Shown in pieces: positions 23,239-36,184 of a DNA stretch of 64,000 bases. Numbering within the stretch: the stretch's first letter is position 1; each line of letters opens with the position of its first letter. Location of the stretch: assembly GCF_006345805.1 (NCBI RefSeq), contig NC_043005.1, positions 55,862,001 through 55,926,000 on the forward strand. Direction: 5' to 3'. The stretch comes from Octopus sinensis (Eukaryota). The position numbers and the translations under genes were made by a program. Under the pieces are notes generated by a model, which was not told the DNA's origin, did no database searches, and saw only the letters and a program-made list of their open reading frames with translations.

Positions 23239-23282
<44 letters not shown>

Positions 23283-23339
23283 ATACATATATGTGTGTGT
23301 GTGTGTGTGTGTGTGCTGTGTATATATATATATATTTAT

Positions 23340-23830
23340 GTCAGGTCACTTTCGAGTGCTACAGGTAACATGTAACCCAGTACAACCTGTTGCATGGTCG
23401 GGTCGTCGGCGACTAAACCAGCAACCCCACCAAGCTTGCTTGGTGAGGAGGGTGTTTATTGGATACCCTGCAGGATGAAAAACAAAACCCGTCAAAGGGC
23501 GGAGGAACTCTTGAGAGTCAATGGCCATCAATAAATGTCTTAGAGCTGTATCATGTGAGGACCTAGAAATACCTGGTATGGTGCCCAGGCGTGCAGAAAG
23601 CCTACCAGGGTGGATCAGACCCTTTAGTGTTGATTCTCACGACTGACCTTGGAGACGGAACACTCTTACAAGAAAATCCTGCAATCGTTTTATCATCTGA
23701 TGTGTGGCACACCGTGCACCTGTACAGACCATGTTAATTCAATGGAGAGAGTGTGCTTTGTTCAGCACAAGCAATGACCACTTTAAACAAGTCAAAGTGC
23801 CAGTTGTTCAGTAAACCATTTTCACTCAAT
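23340..23830 (+). repeat. Unclassified interspersed repeat (partial second copy at about 24180-24290)
   Basis: Shared CTTGGT.AG.AGGGT..ACCCTGCA..AAAACAAAACC.GTCAAAG.GC.GA.GAACTC..GAGTCAA.GCCATC. Confidence 0.6.
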
Positions 23831-23967
23831 AACACCTGAGGTTTGGAGCATCGATGCATGCTTTTTTTTTTTTTATTGAAGATACACATGCGGTGTCACA
23901 GGGCTTGGGAGTTGTTGAAGGTTATTTGCTGAACCCTCATTCATCGTCTTCGATGAGAGAATCCACC

Positions 23968-24071
<104 letters not shown>

Positions 24072-24609
24072 ATATGTATACACTTTTTGAGCAGACAGAC
24101 TTAGAGTGAACAAAATTGTATAAGAGAGTTTTTTTCAACCAGCATTAACATGGTAAGGGGTGCAAACATGACTATACTAATTGCATGAACTACTTGGTAA
24201 GAAGGGTGGGTTTTGTTACCCTGCACAGCATAAAACAAAACCTGTCAAAGAGCAGATGAACTCAATAGAGTCAACAGCCATCCAGCACCTGGGAGTATTA
24301 AACTCCCGATCATTGGGAGAGAAGGACCCCTACATCTCATTAGAACTCAGTAGAGAGAGCCTGGCCATGGGTAGGAATGTGTTTTCTTTAACCCAAAGAA
24401 AAAATCGTTCTTGGTTGTCAGAAACATCTAGTTTGTACAAGTCCAGGGTATCATCAACAAGAACCATGACAATTGAATGGGGGCCATGTGTTGTAGTCAA
24501 CAGTTTGATGTGTGGTGCATGAAGGCATCTGGTACAAATTCTGTTATGAGAAGGGAGAAGTTAATGCCCAGTAAGACTTGCAAGAACTGTATGATCTAGT
24601 TGAAGTACT

Positions 24610-25385
24610 TGCAGAAAAGCTCAAGCACCTTCAAGAGCCCAACATGCTCTGATTTTTATGTCCAAAATCGAAAAGTGAATAGGAGGAATGATAGATGGCT
24701 CTGTGTCAGTCCCACTGAAGTCTCCACCATTATGCATGCCAAGTTCTCATGGTCTTGTGGGGTCATAAGCAATGACAGTTATGTCATGCCTCCTCATTTT
24801 CCCACAAGGTCTTAGGATCAAAGAGGGGGTCTATGTGAAGACAATGGAGAAAGTTATCAAGCCCCAGATCGAGAGAGTTGCTCAGGGAAGACCATACATG
24901 CTCCAGCAAGACTATGCTCCCTCTCACACAGCCTACACGACCCAGTTATGCCATGCCTCCCCATTTTCCCACAAGATCTTAGGGTTAAGGAGGGAGTCTG
25001 TGTGAAGACAATGGAGATGGTTATTGAGCCTGGATCAAGAGAGTTGCTCAGGGGAGATTCTATATGCTCCAGCAAGACTATGTTCCCTCCCACACAGCCT
25101 ACATGACCCAGGAGTGGGCGTTCAAAAGTGTTCATAATCATGTTACCCCTAACATTTGACCTCCTAGCTCACCTGATTTAAAATCCCAGGACTACATCGT
25201 CTGGGACATTGTTGTGAAAGAAACCAACAAGTATGCTCACAATACCACCGACTCATTGCTACCTCCTATTTGGAATGTTATAGCCAACATGAATAAAGAT
25301 TTTCTGACCAATGCATTTAGCCATTTTAGAAGCAGTCTTGAGACAGTACTCAAGGCTGATGGCAGTGTTATTGAACTGTCTTCTG
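24610..25385 (+). pseudogene. Tc1/mariner superfamily DD37D (maT-type) transposase remnant with internal tandem duplication
   Basis: QNRKVNRRNDRWL..QQDYAPSHT..PPSSPDLKSQDY. 37 residues lie between the last two catalytic Asp, counting one stop codon as a residue. Confidence 0.8.
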
Positions 25386-25454
25386 CTACGTCTATGTGAG
25401 AATATGAGTACCAAATTCTTTAAAAAAACAAATTGGTTTCTCTGAAGAATTTTC

Positions 25455-25758
25455 AGCTGAATGAATCAACCTTAGTACTTTATTTTTTTAAAGCCTGGTG
25501 TGTACTTATTCTATCTGTCTCTCTTGCTGAACTGCTAAGGTATAGGGGATATAAACACATCAACATTGGTTGTTAAACAGTGATGGGGGACAAACACAGA
25601 CAGACAGACACACACACACACACACGCGCACACACACACACACACACACATGCGCACACACTCACATATTTATACAACAGGTTTCTTTCAGTTTCTATTT
25701 ACCAAATCCCCCCATAAGGCTTTGGTAGGCCCGAAGCTATAATATAAGACACTTGCTC
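25455..25758 (-). mobile_element. SINE family A (head truncated by transposase fragment)
   Basis: Family A motifs up to AAGACACTTGCTC. Confidence 0.75.
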
Positions 25759-26040
25759 AAGAAGAAAGGTCAATTTATGTCAGAAAAAGCAAAAAAAAAT
25801 CACTACATCAGATCTAAAAGGCTCTTAAACAAACTGAAAAATCCAGCAGAAGATTTGATTTGGTTTTCATCAAACAAGAAAAACTTCGGCCAAGATCAAA
25901 AAGTTAACAGAACAAATGAAAGATGGTTATGTGCAGGCCCTTCTGAAGTTCCAAGTGTTATGCATACAAAATTTCCTGGTTTTAGGGGTTGTCAGCAATG
26001 AAGGACATGTGATACTCCTTACTTCTTTCCACGAGGCCTT
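25759..26040 (+). pseudogene. Second maT-type transposase fragment (upstream part)
   Basis: KKGQFMSEK..RSKRLLNKLKNP..LIWFSSNKKNFGQDQKVNRTNERWL..HTKFP. Confidence 0.75.
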
Positions 26041-26159
26041 AGTCCTGGGATCGATTTGCTTGACTAAAAAGATGGTGCTCCAGTATGGCCGCAGTCAAAT
26101 GACTGAAACAAGTAAAAGAATAAAAGAATAAAATGCGATAAAATGTTTGTGCTGTACAT

Positions 26160-26345
26160 TAGCTTACTTCCTCCATCCAATCAACATTGCTTGTACAGGT
26201 GCATGATGTGCCACATGTCAGATCACAGAGTAGCATAAAAGGAAGTGTTTGGCTCAAGATCACAATGCACCACCTTGTCCAAGAATCGAAACCATGATCT
26301 TCCCATCCTGGGTCCAACACCCTAAGCACTGGTCCACATGCCTTC
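26160..26345 (-). mobile_element. SINE family H fragment
   Basis: tRNA-like head with GGTTTCGATTCTT B box plus the central domain. Confidence 0.6.
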
Positions 26346-27096
26346 ACACATACATATATGTATACACACATGCATGCATGCAATCATACATACAGATACA
26401 TATAATCTCATCTAGCAGTACCTATTGACATACACTTCTCACTGTAATCTTCCAAATTGAAGAACCTTGGACATGATTTGAAGGAAATTTGGTTACTATA
26501 TCTAGTACATCAAACACCTGCATGAAGGTCTCTCTCATTAGCTTATTGTCATTGTATATTCCAGGATCAATGGTAATCAAACAAAACTACAATGTAAAAT
26601 GTTCCGGTCATGACAGTCCTATTAGTTGTACATCAGGAATTTTTTGTTCAATACAGCCTTTATTTAGGAAGCTAGCATGTGATTTTTAAGTGATAAAACT
26701 GATATTTGTAGCAAGTAGAACAATCAGCTGTCAGCCATGTACAGAACAGAACTGTCTACAATAAACGATTCTCAATATTTGTCTAACACTTTCTATTTCA
26801 TGTTATCAATATTGGTGATTGGACTAATGTGTTAATTAGTTCATTACTCTATAGAAGTGATCACCTTCAGAGATGGTGTAAGTTCTGATTTACTAATTAC
26901 GACAGAAGGGAAAGGTTTTTTCTTTTCACTCAATATATATATAGTGCTATTTTAAAGGTATTATATATATGCAGTGGCCCAGCAACAAAATTTGCTAAGG
27001 GCGTGCAAACCCAGGTCCTAATTTTTTTATGAAAAATGTGGATTTTTCCAATGTTAACATTTAAACAAATGCAGGTATAATAATAATTTTTATTAT

Positions 27097-27760
27097 TATG
27101 AGGGTCGGCTGAAATGTTCATAATCTAAGCGAGACACTCAATGGAATGTGACCAAATGAAGTTCATTTTCTAACATCAGATCTTTCCAGGAATTAATTTC
27201 TCCCCCTCCTCGGAACTTTCCAGGAAGTAATTCACTCTCGGATCTTTCCAGGAAGTAATTCATCAATGAGGCAGAGGAACTACTTCCTGAAAGGTTCCAA
27301 GGATGGAGACATCCTGGAAAGTTTCGAGGAGAGGAGGAATTACTTCCAGGAAAGAACCTTCTGGGAGACTCACAACCAGCAGAACTGCAAGAAACATCAC
27401 AAATGTGCATGCAGCTGTGAGGGGAAATCATTAAATCACCATCCGTGAGATATCAGAGGATGTGCAGATTAATTGCGGTTCAGTTCAGATGTGTGGCTGC
27501 CAAGTTTGTGCCAAAATAGCTTTCAGCTGATCAAAAAGACACTTGGGTTTCAGTTGCACAAAATCTCCTTGATTGTGTCGTAAACAATGTAAACCTTTTG
27601 AAACTTTGCATACACCTCTGAGCAGGTACCACCAAGCTTTTGGTAAAATTTGATGTAGATTCTCTGCTCTGCTGTCTCTATCATGGTCAGAGCAACAATC
27701 ACACACTACACACCTTCCTTCTAAGCACTGCTGTAAACAGAGGAAGTAAGCTAGAATGTT
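27097..27760. mobile_element. Scrambled irritans-like mariner remnant
   Basis: TIR-like TATGAGGGTCGGCTGAAATGTTCATA at about 27097. Plus-strand GRLTTSRT..ITIREISEDV..AAKFVPK..ADQK at 27360-27600. Minus-strand EQRIYIKFYQKLG at about 27625-27690. Confidence 0.7.
27182..27354. repeat. Inverted-repeat element with TTCCAGGAA motif array (MITE-like)
   Basis: Arms about 27182-27224 and 27312-27354. TTCCAGGAA at 27184, 27218, 27246 and 27344. Confidence 0.75.
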
Positions 27761-28134
27761 AAAACTTAATGTGCATGTACAACAGAGTTTATGCTCAATC
27801 TGTGCCAAGCAGCTTCACTGTGTGTGCTTTAGCTTCATTACTATGGCAGTAGTCCAGATACTTATTGATCAGATCAGTTATATTTATGTCTGTCTCTGTG
27901 TGGATCTCTCTCTCTCTCTTCATGTCTCCATCCGCCTGTATATGTATATATAATCATATACATATCTATGTGTGTGAGTATGTCTATAATGTGTGTGCAC
28001 TTGTGTATGTGTGTTTATGAATATGTCTAGTGATGTATGAACCTGCCTCTGTCTGTCTGCATTTTTCCTGTGTTTGTATGCATGTGTATGTATGTATACA
28101 TGTATATATAGAAATGTGACCATGTGTGTACCAT

Positions 28135-28325
28135 TGGCGATTTTTTTTCCTCCATCTTCCCTTCTCTGGATCTTTCCTTTTCCTATGATTCTGACGAAGA
28201 GCTCCACTCGAAATGTAAAACCCTCCTTTTTGCCTTCCTTCCTGAGCTTCCAATAATACTATATTTGTTCCACGTCCTCGCGTTGTTGTGTTTTCTCTTT
28301 GTGTTTTCATGTTTGGATTAACTTT
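28135..28325 (+). mobile_element. HHR-bearing repeat, family E
   Basis: Homologous to 18781-18968 (reverse complement). Ends in a (TA) tract. Confidence 0.75.
28187..28221 (+). ncRNA. Degenerate minimal hammerhead motif (family E)
   Basis: GAUU-CUGACGA-A-GAG(CUCCA)CUC-GAA-AUGU-A-AAAC. Confidence 0.6.
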
Positions 28326-28719
28326 ATATATAGATATAGATATAGATATATGTGTGTGTGTTTGTGACTGTGTCTGTGTGTCGTTCTTGTATGTTTTTGA
28401 GTGTGTGCATACATTCATATATATGCATATATATTCATATATATACATGTATATTCATATATATATATACATGTATTTCTACTATTAGATCTAATTACCT
28501 TGTGGATATACACTTTTTTTATATACATCTGTATTGACTTTCTCACTGGTAATGCTTTTTCCTATATATATGCAGAAATAAAATTCTTTGGCAAATATAT
28601 TGCACTTCATTTTTGAGGCTCCAACGAAGCTATAAGGTCCATTGCATCTTAGAGCAGAAACAGCTGCAAGCTAACAAAGTTCATAAATTAATCATTTTTA
28701 CCCTTTGTCATCTCATTTT

Positions 28720-28753
<34 letters not shown>

Positions 28754-28876
28754 TCACAATATATGGATTCAAGTAATCCATAAGTATACAAAACGAAAAG
28801 CTCCATCACGTATCATTCTACAAAAGATATAGAATATAAAGTGCGATACAAGGGAAAACAATGAGAACTGTATCGT

Positions 28877-29281
28877 GTCGTAAATGACAAATATTTTGAT
28901 AAAATTTTATTCAACAATAAGAAAATTCAAATATTATGACAAATTGTTTTGTAACTTCAAAACATGTAAATAATTTACATTATTATATTTAATAATAAAT
29001 AAATTACCTATGTGTCTGCATTAATGCAAAATGCAAAGAAAATCCTTCAAAATAATGCAGAATTTTAGCTACATCCTCAAATGAATGAAAGTCTTAAATT
29101 CTACATTATTCTGAAAGATATTTTTGCATTTTGCATTAATGCAGACACGTAGGTAATTTATTTATTATTAGATGTAATGATATAAATTATTTGCATGCTT
29201 TTAAGGTATGAAACAATTTATCATATCTGATATTTACTTTTGTTAAATAAAATTTCATCAAGCTCTTTCTCTGTCATTTAT

Positions 29282-29284
<3 letters not shown>
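28877..29284. repeat. About 400 bp imperfect foldback (MITE-like palindrome)
   Basis: Arms about 28877-29068 and 29094-29284, e.g. AATAATAAATAAATTACCTATGTGTCTGCATTAATGCAAAATGCAAA versus its reverse complement. Confidence 0.85.
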
Positions 29285-29329
<45 letters not shown>

Positions 29330-29394
29330 GTAAATTCCTCTATTTACATAATATTGAGGTCTCTTTCATTCTTTTATTGTTTTACCATTTCTAT

Positions 29395-29451
<57 letters not shown>

Positions 29452-29452
<1 letters not shown>

Positions 29453-29656
29453 CTGCAGGTGTGGCTGTGTGGTGAGAAGCTTGCTTCCCAATCACATGGT
29501 CCTGGATTCAATCCCACTGTGTGACACCTTGGGCAAGTGTCTTATACTATGCTCTTGGACCTACTTGGGCCTACTAAAACCTTATGGGTAGATTTGGTAA
29601 ACAGAAATTGAAAGAAGCTTGTTATATATATGTGTGTGTGTGTGACATATATATAA

Positions 29657-29689
<33 letters not shown>

Positions 29690-29975
29690 TGTATGTGTGT
29701 GTGTATGTATGTATGTGTGTATGTGTATGTATGTGTGTATGTATGTATGTATGTATGTATGTATGTATGTATGTATGTATGTATGTATGTGTGTATGTAT
29801 GTATGTATATGCAATATGCAATAATCTTCTTTCAGCTTTTGTCTACCAAATCCACTCACAAGGCTTTGGGTGACCAGGGGCTGTAATAGAAAGCATTCAC
29901 CATGCAGTGGGACTGAATCCAAAACCAGGTGACTGGGAAATTGGGATGTAAACTTTTTAACCACACAGGCATGAC
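29452..29975. mobile_element. Two convergent SINE family A heads around an (ATGT)n tract
   Basis: Plus-strand head 29452-29620, minus-strand head 29822-29975. Confidence 0.7.
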
Positions 29976-29979
29976 TGTG

Positions 29980-30056
<77 letters not shown>

Positions 30057-33000
30057 ATATAACATATATATAATGAATGAAGGAAATGGAAAATGGTGTT
30101 CACAAGAATCTTTATTCATCACAACAATGATTTCAACCCATCTTGCATCGGTCCCTTGTGGATAGGATACTCTACAACTAGTTGTGTTGCATCTTCTGTT
30201 GCAAATGCATCTCATCGAGTTTCTTGTTTTAAAGGTGATACATGAATATACACAAACATATGTCCATACGTACACACTTATATATATCCTTAAATTCACT
30301 TATACCTAAACACTATTTGGTGCTGCTACTACAGAATATATGTATGGAGAGGTGGCAAGAGAGAGAGAGACAGACATACAGACAAACAGACAGAGACAGA
30401 GAAAATGTGTGTGTGTGTGTATGTGTGCATGTAGTAATTGAAACAAGAGAAGTCAAAAAAGTGAAGCTAAATTATATTATTCATAAATCATATTTAAACC
30501 TCAGGACATGAAATAAATAATATAATGATTCAAAACCTGTAGTAATTGACACCCTGAATCTTTAGAATGATCAATATATATATATAAAATAATTATCATT
30601 TAATGTCCATGTTCCAAACACACACGCATGTGTGTGTGTGTGTATAAAAACATTGAGAGTTGAACTGAAACAAGTTTTAGATCAAGATTTTGAAATGTTT
30701 TATTTTATTAAATTTTATTAAGAATAGACAATGAAATACTCATTTGAAAATTTCATTCATTGACATGCATTCAAAACACAGGCAACTACTTTTATATCTA
30801 CACACAGAAATGAGATAACTGTCAAAGAGAAAGGTGCTTTGCTGGTTGCATGAAGTCCAAAAGGAGTTTTTGTATATATATTTTTTAATAAATCAAAAAA
30901 CACTTTTATGAACACTTTCAATGTAAATTCTTGGTTGTCTAGCCTGGAATATTTGACAAGCATATTTCAACACCTTGATAGCCTGAACAGAAGCACGCAA
31001 GATAAATATGCAAATATCCTCAAATCTACAACAAACTAACATTTCAGAAAAAAAGATAGCAATTTAAAAAAAAAATTAAACTACAGATGGGAACTTAATT
31101 AAATGTCTCCTTTATCATTAGTAACTCTTGTAAAAAGAATGTCACCTGTTAATATTCAGTTTGAGAACTCCAGAAGAGAAATTTAGCATTGATTTTTTAA
31201 AAAAATCATTTAACATAAAAGAAAACAATTGGATTCAAAGCCCTTTCATGGGAATTTGAAATTATTTCAGGATGAAGAATTGGTTTCTATATCTAATTAA
31301 AATCAAATGTGAGATGTTGTCTCTAGAAAACTTTTGGCTTTTCATCGGGCAAGACTATCCTTCCATAGCATAAGAATTTTTGTCTATTTTGATTCAATTT
31401 TCGAAGTTATATTTACATGAAATAGGACTTTCTTCACTGAACAGCATTAAACGTAAATAATTTTTAAAAATGAAACTGCTGGATATATATCCCATAGGGG
31501 AAAAAAATCACTAAAGAATCACAAGTTTAATTTCACACAAGCATGATTTATAAAACATGGTAAGCAATACTACTCAATGTACTTTTTCTTAACCTTTAAT
31601 TTCAAAACACGTTTTAAAACTTTTTTTATATGAAGTGCATCAGTAACTTATTTATTTTGTCTCTATTGTGCCATGAAATCAAAAAGATTGGGAACCACTG
31701 GTTTAGAAAGACAGTGAATCAATGAATAAGAGTGAGACAGTGACATAAAGAAACTTTTTCTCAGGAAAATGAAAAGATGAATAGAGGAAAGAAAGACAAT
31801 AAGTTAAATGTAGAAAGTGAAAGCTACTTTGTATTAGAATAGACAGGTTGATAAACAATATAAAGAAATGTCTTTTAGCATAGTAAGACCAAAAGGTGGT
31901 AAGTGATGTGGACAGTAGAACTAAGCACAAACGTTTGTATGAGAAATTTGTAGAGTTATGTCCTATGTGAAAAGAAATGAAAGAAATGACACACAAAAAT
32001 CTATGTAAAATGTTTAGCAAGTGACTGTTAGTAATGATAGCAGGATATTATGTTACTTTGCCGTGTTTGTAATGTAAATATGCATAACAAGTACTTCTTC
32101 AAAACAAGAAGAATCTCTTGATGTATGAAGATACATTTTCAATTAATAACAAGTTGATCTTGGAATAATTTATGCCTGTATACTTCAGGCTTCAAGCATA
32201 TTTGAAAAGGGTTGTAGTCTTTTTTCTTTTTTCATGTCTGAACAAATAATGTGTGCTGATTATATCTTGCTTTAAAGGTATTTTCAGCCAGGCATTATAT
32301 ACTGTTTTTTATCAGTATTTTTGAAATTTTTTATTATCTAGTTGGCAACTACCAACGTTATGGTGGTTGCTTTAATGTAATAAAGTATGAGCATTTGAGT
32401 GTATCAGATTTTCTCTGTTGAATTGTCAGTACAACTATAGCTAACATTAACATTGTTTTTGTTAAAAATATTTTGGAAATTTATGGTGTGTAAGATTTTT
32501 TTTTTTTTGAGGTTTTGAAAAATTTGAGTGATATTACTGACACTTAAACTAAGCAGTAGGCTGCATGTTATAATCCTCAATCCTCAACCTTTTTAAAATC
32601 TGCTTTTGCTTGTATATGCAATGATATAACATTATAAGATATCGACTTTGCCTCAAGCAGAGGAATTTAATGTTCTAACAAAAATCTCTTCACCATTTGA
32701 TTAGTTGAGGTTGATTTTGAAGTTCTAATATGATCGTTTCTTTTGAGACAATTTGAAATGCAATGCACTTTGATTACTAAATTTATATACATTGATCACC
32801 AATGAAAAAATAACAAAAATGCATTTTGCAAAATAGCATTTACAAAATGATATTTGCATTTTATTTCTCTGATCATTTCATTGCTATCTCAGTGTTATTC
32901 TCATTTCTCTTCATCTCCCTCTATTACATCCCATAATGTCCTGATTTCTTTCTGTTTAAATTTGATCATAATTTTATGTAATTTATTAAATCATTTCTTT

Positions 33001-33064
33001 ATTATGATCTATGTATTGCATTAAACTTTATATATATTATAGACTATCAGATGTTGTGATACAC

Positions 33065-33312
33065 AGCTGGGGACAGTGTGCTTCCTTGAATTGTTGTAGC
33101 TTTGAAATGATGCTACCTCGCTGGCTTGGTGAGCAAGCCAACATTCCCCGTGAATGGTGCATCAGTCCATTGTAAAGTTACCCAGCTACAGCTGAGTGGA
33201 TTGGGGAAATATAAAATGGAGTGTTTTGTTCAAGAACACAACACACTGGGGATTCGAAACCACAATCTTGCTATCATGAATGCAACACCTTGACCACTAG
33301 GCCACGCACATT
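33065..33312 (-). mobile_element. SINE family H
   Basis: Reverse complement GTGGCCTAGTGGTCAAGG (A box)...GGTTCGAATCCCC (B box)...GTGTTCTTGAACAAAACACT..CCACTCAGCTG. Confidence 0.8.
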
Positions 33313-33546
33313 CACACACACAGACACACACACAAACACACACACACACACACACACAACACACACACACACACACAAACATACACACACACACAAACAC
33401 ACACATCTACACACACAGACACACACACATCTACACACACACACACACACCTACACACAGACACACCCACAAACACACACACACAGACACACATACATGC
33501 ACACACAAACACATGCACACACAAACACACACACACATACACACAC
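33313..33546. repeat. Interrupted (CA)n microsatellite
   Basis: Direct sequence. Confidence 0.95.
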
Positions 33547-34084
33547 ATTTTTCTTATTTATTCTTAATCATTTTTGTAGCTCAATTATTCACATAAGCAT
33601 AATAGCTTCTCTTTCTTGTTCATATAAGTTCAGCATATGATTTCATGAAATGAGTACAATTCCTAGTCCAATAATTATGCTCACTTTGCTTTCATTGATT
33701 ACATTATAGTCTGTTATATTTAAGTAATCTTCTTGTAAATCCTAGGATCAAACCAATAGTAATAAAACCCAAATTGTTTCAAACTTTCCCCCAACTCAGA
33801 GGCTATTATTTTTCTAGTTACCATCTTCTGCAAACCCCTTGTCTTTGCCTCCATTTTCTGCAAAGGGGTCTTATTCCAATCAACATATATTTGTGACTTC
33901 ATGATAAAGCAATAAATCAAACAGAACAATACATTGCACTGTTTCTTTTACCTCCTCACATTGTGAGTTCAAATCCTGCCAAGGTCAACTTGGTTTGGTT
34001 TTTCTTCTTTCCAAAGCTGATAAAATAAAGTACCAGTTAAGGATCATCTTGATCAAGTAATCTTTCCTCAAAATTGTCATCTTG

Positions 34085-34330
34085 TGCCTATCTTTTACTT
34101 GTTTCCGACATTTGAATGAGGCCATGCTGGGGCACCACCTTGAAGAATTTTTAGCTGGATGAATCAATCCCTGTATTTTCTCAAACCTGGCACTTATTCT
34201 ATCAGTCTCCTTTGCTGAACCACTAAGTTACAGGGATGTAAACACACCAAAACCAGTGGTCAAGCAGTGGTAGTGGTAGTAGAGCAAACACACACAAAGG
34301 GGCAAAGACACAAAGACACACACATACACA
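34085..34330 (-). mobile_element. SINE family A 3' half
   Basis: Family A tail motifs. Confidence 0.7.
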
Positions 34331-34346
34331 GATACATTAATACATG

Positions 34347-34456
<110 letters not shown>

Positions 34457-34541
34457 GGGGAGAATTCACAATAAAACAAAAAAACGAAGACAGGTGGTGT
34501 AGACAGCAAACAGATGTATTAGTATAATGCTCGTGAAAAGT

Positions 34542-34577
34542 CTTTAACGTTTCAAGCCCACGCTCTTCCACAGAAAG
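34542..34577 (-). ncRNA. Minimal hammerhead-like motif (family E-related, variant core)
   Basis: CUUU-CUGUGGA-A-GAGC(GUGG)GCUU-GAA-ACGU-U-AAAG. A6 is replaced by U. Host repeat spans about 34455-34640. Confidence 0.55.
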
Positions 34578-34650
34578 GAACACAGAAAGAAATAAGGAGG
34601 GAAAATAAAGAATGTGTAGTAGCTAGCGATCTATCATGGGGAATACATAG

Positions 34651-34689
<39 letters not shown>

Positions 34690-34719
34690 GAACTACCATT
34701 GGATCTTTTCTTTTCCTAT

Positions 34720-34754
34720 GTTTCTGACAAAGAGTTCCGCTCGAAACATTAAAC
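34720..34754 (+). ncRNA. Degenerate minimal hammerhead motif (family E)
   Basis: GUUU-CUGACAA-A-GAG(UUCCG)CUC-GAA-ACAU-U-AAAC. Two CpG-type G>A changes hit G8 and stem III. Host repeat spans about 34700-34850. Confidence 0.55.
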
Positions 34755-34937
34755 CTTCCTTCTTTCCCTCTTTCCTGAGCATCCAATAATACTATACTTG
34801 TTCCACATTCTCGTATTGTTGTGTTTTCATGTTTGGATTAACTTTATATATATATATATATATATATGAGACCAAAGTGTACGTATGCCACTATATTTTT
34901 TTATATATAAGAAATACAAAAATGGGACAAGAATGCA

Positions 34938-36184
34938 TGGCAATTAAGTTCCTGCCCTTTTTTAAATTTAAATTTTTTTAAAGGTTTAATAAATAATAAC
35001 ATTTAATTAATCAATAATGTATTCACCCTTGTTGTTTACAACTTCTTCCCAATGTTCAACAAGATTTTCAATACCTCGTTGGTAGAAATCACCCGATTTC
35101 AACTCGAAAAATTGATCCAACCAAGCTCTCAATTCTGCATCAGTATTGAATGAAACTCTACGCATAGCATTTGAAATAGATCGAAAGAGGTGGAAATCCG
35201 TTGGTGCCAAATCAGGAGAGTACGGCAAGTGTGGCAACACTTCCCAGTCATGTGTTTGCATGGCTTCCTTGGTCATATTGGCGATATGAGGGTGGGCGTT
35301 GTCATGCAGCAGAAGAACTCCATGCTGCCAATTAGATCTTTTCTCTTGAATAGCCATGTTGGGTCATTCCATCTGTTGAACATAGAGTTCTGCATTGACC
35401 ATTTGGTTCCATTCAAGCAATTTATAATGGTATTCCCTTCCCAGTCCTACCATATGCATAACTCATTTTATGCAGATGAAGATCTTATTTCACATGTAGT
35501 GTCGCTTGTTTGCCGGGGCTAAGCCATTCCTTATGCTGCTTCATATTGATGTACAGGCACCATTTTTTGTCACCGGTAACAATTTGGTAAAGAAATTGTT
35601 GCTTTTGTCCATGAGTTGAGCAGTGACGAGCAAGCAAACCAGCAGAGATTGTGGCTCGTTGATTTTTGTTGATATCACCTAAAGCATGCGGAACCCATGC
35701 TTCATAATTCTGAACCTTTCCCATCGAGTGAAGATGCTTCTCTATAGCAGTGTGGGAGCATTCCATTTGATGAGAATTTTCGGGCAAAAGTTTGTCTAAT
35801 TGCTCTTCATCAAACTCAACTGGACAACCAGAATGAGGTGCATCTTTGAGGTCAAAATTTTCCTTTTGAATTTGGCATACCAATCACAAGTGGTTCTTTC
35901 AGCTATGACACCTTCTCCATACACAGCACAAGCTTTTGAGGCCTTAGAACCTTGATTAGAAGCATTGAGAAGGAGGTGTCAAAAATGCTCGTTTTTCTTA
36001 ACTTGACATTCCATTTTAATGATCTGAAAATAAACAAAAATTAACTAAAATTAACTAAAAAAAAATACAATAGATTCCAAAATGATTCCAAAATAGAAAT
36101 CACAAAAAAATTAGATTCCAAAATTTAAAAACGCAATAAATTCCAAAATTTAAAAAATCAGCGGGAACTTAGCTGCCAACCCAA
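34938..36184 (-). mobile_element. Mariner (DD34D) element, near full length, inactive
   Basis: Right TIR (reverse complement) TA|TTGGGTTGGCAGCTAAGTTCCCGCTG. Partial left TIR TGGCAATTAAGTTCCTGC. Transposase lies between them. Confidence 0.9.
35007..36014 (-). pseudogene. Mariner transposase pseudogene
   Basis: MECQVKKNEHF.., WVPHAL, IVTGDKKW, HDNAHPH..YSPDLAPTD (D34D), with stops and frameshifts. Confidence 0.92.

Noticed and set aside
23400-23470. Twister ribozyme suggested by GAGGAGGG
   Set aside because: The GGUCCCAAGCCC-type L4 and pseudoknot partners were not found.
26450-26700. Protein-like minus-strand frame (..TIDPGIYNDNKLMRETFMQVFDVLD..)
   Set aside because: Two in-frame stops and no family I can identify reliably.
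30540-33050. Long repeat-poor AT-rich stretch as a possible 3' UTR or conserved element
   Set aside because: No exon, poly(A) context or motif can be established from sequence alone. RNA-seq or conservation data would be needed.
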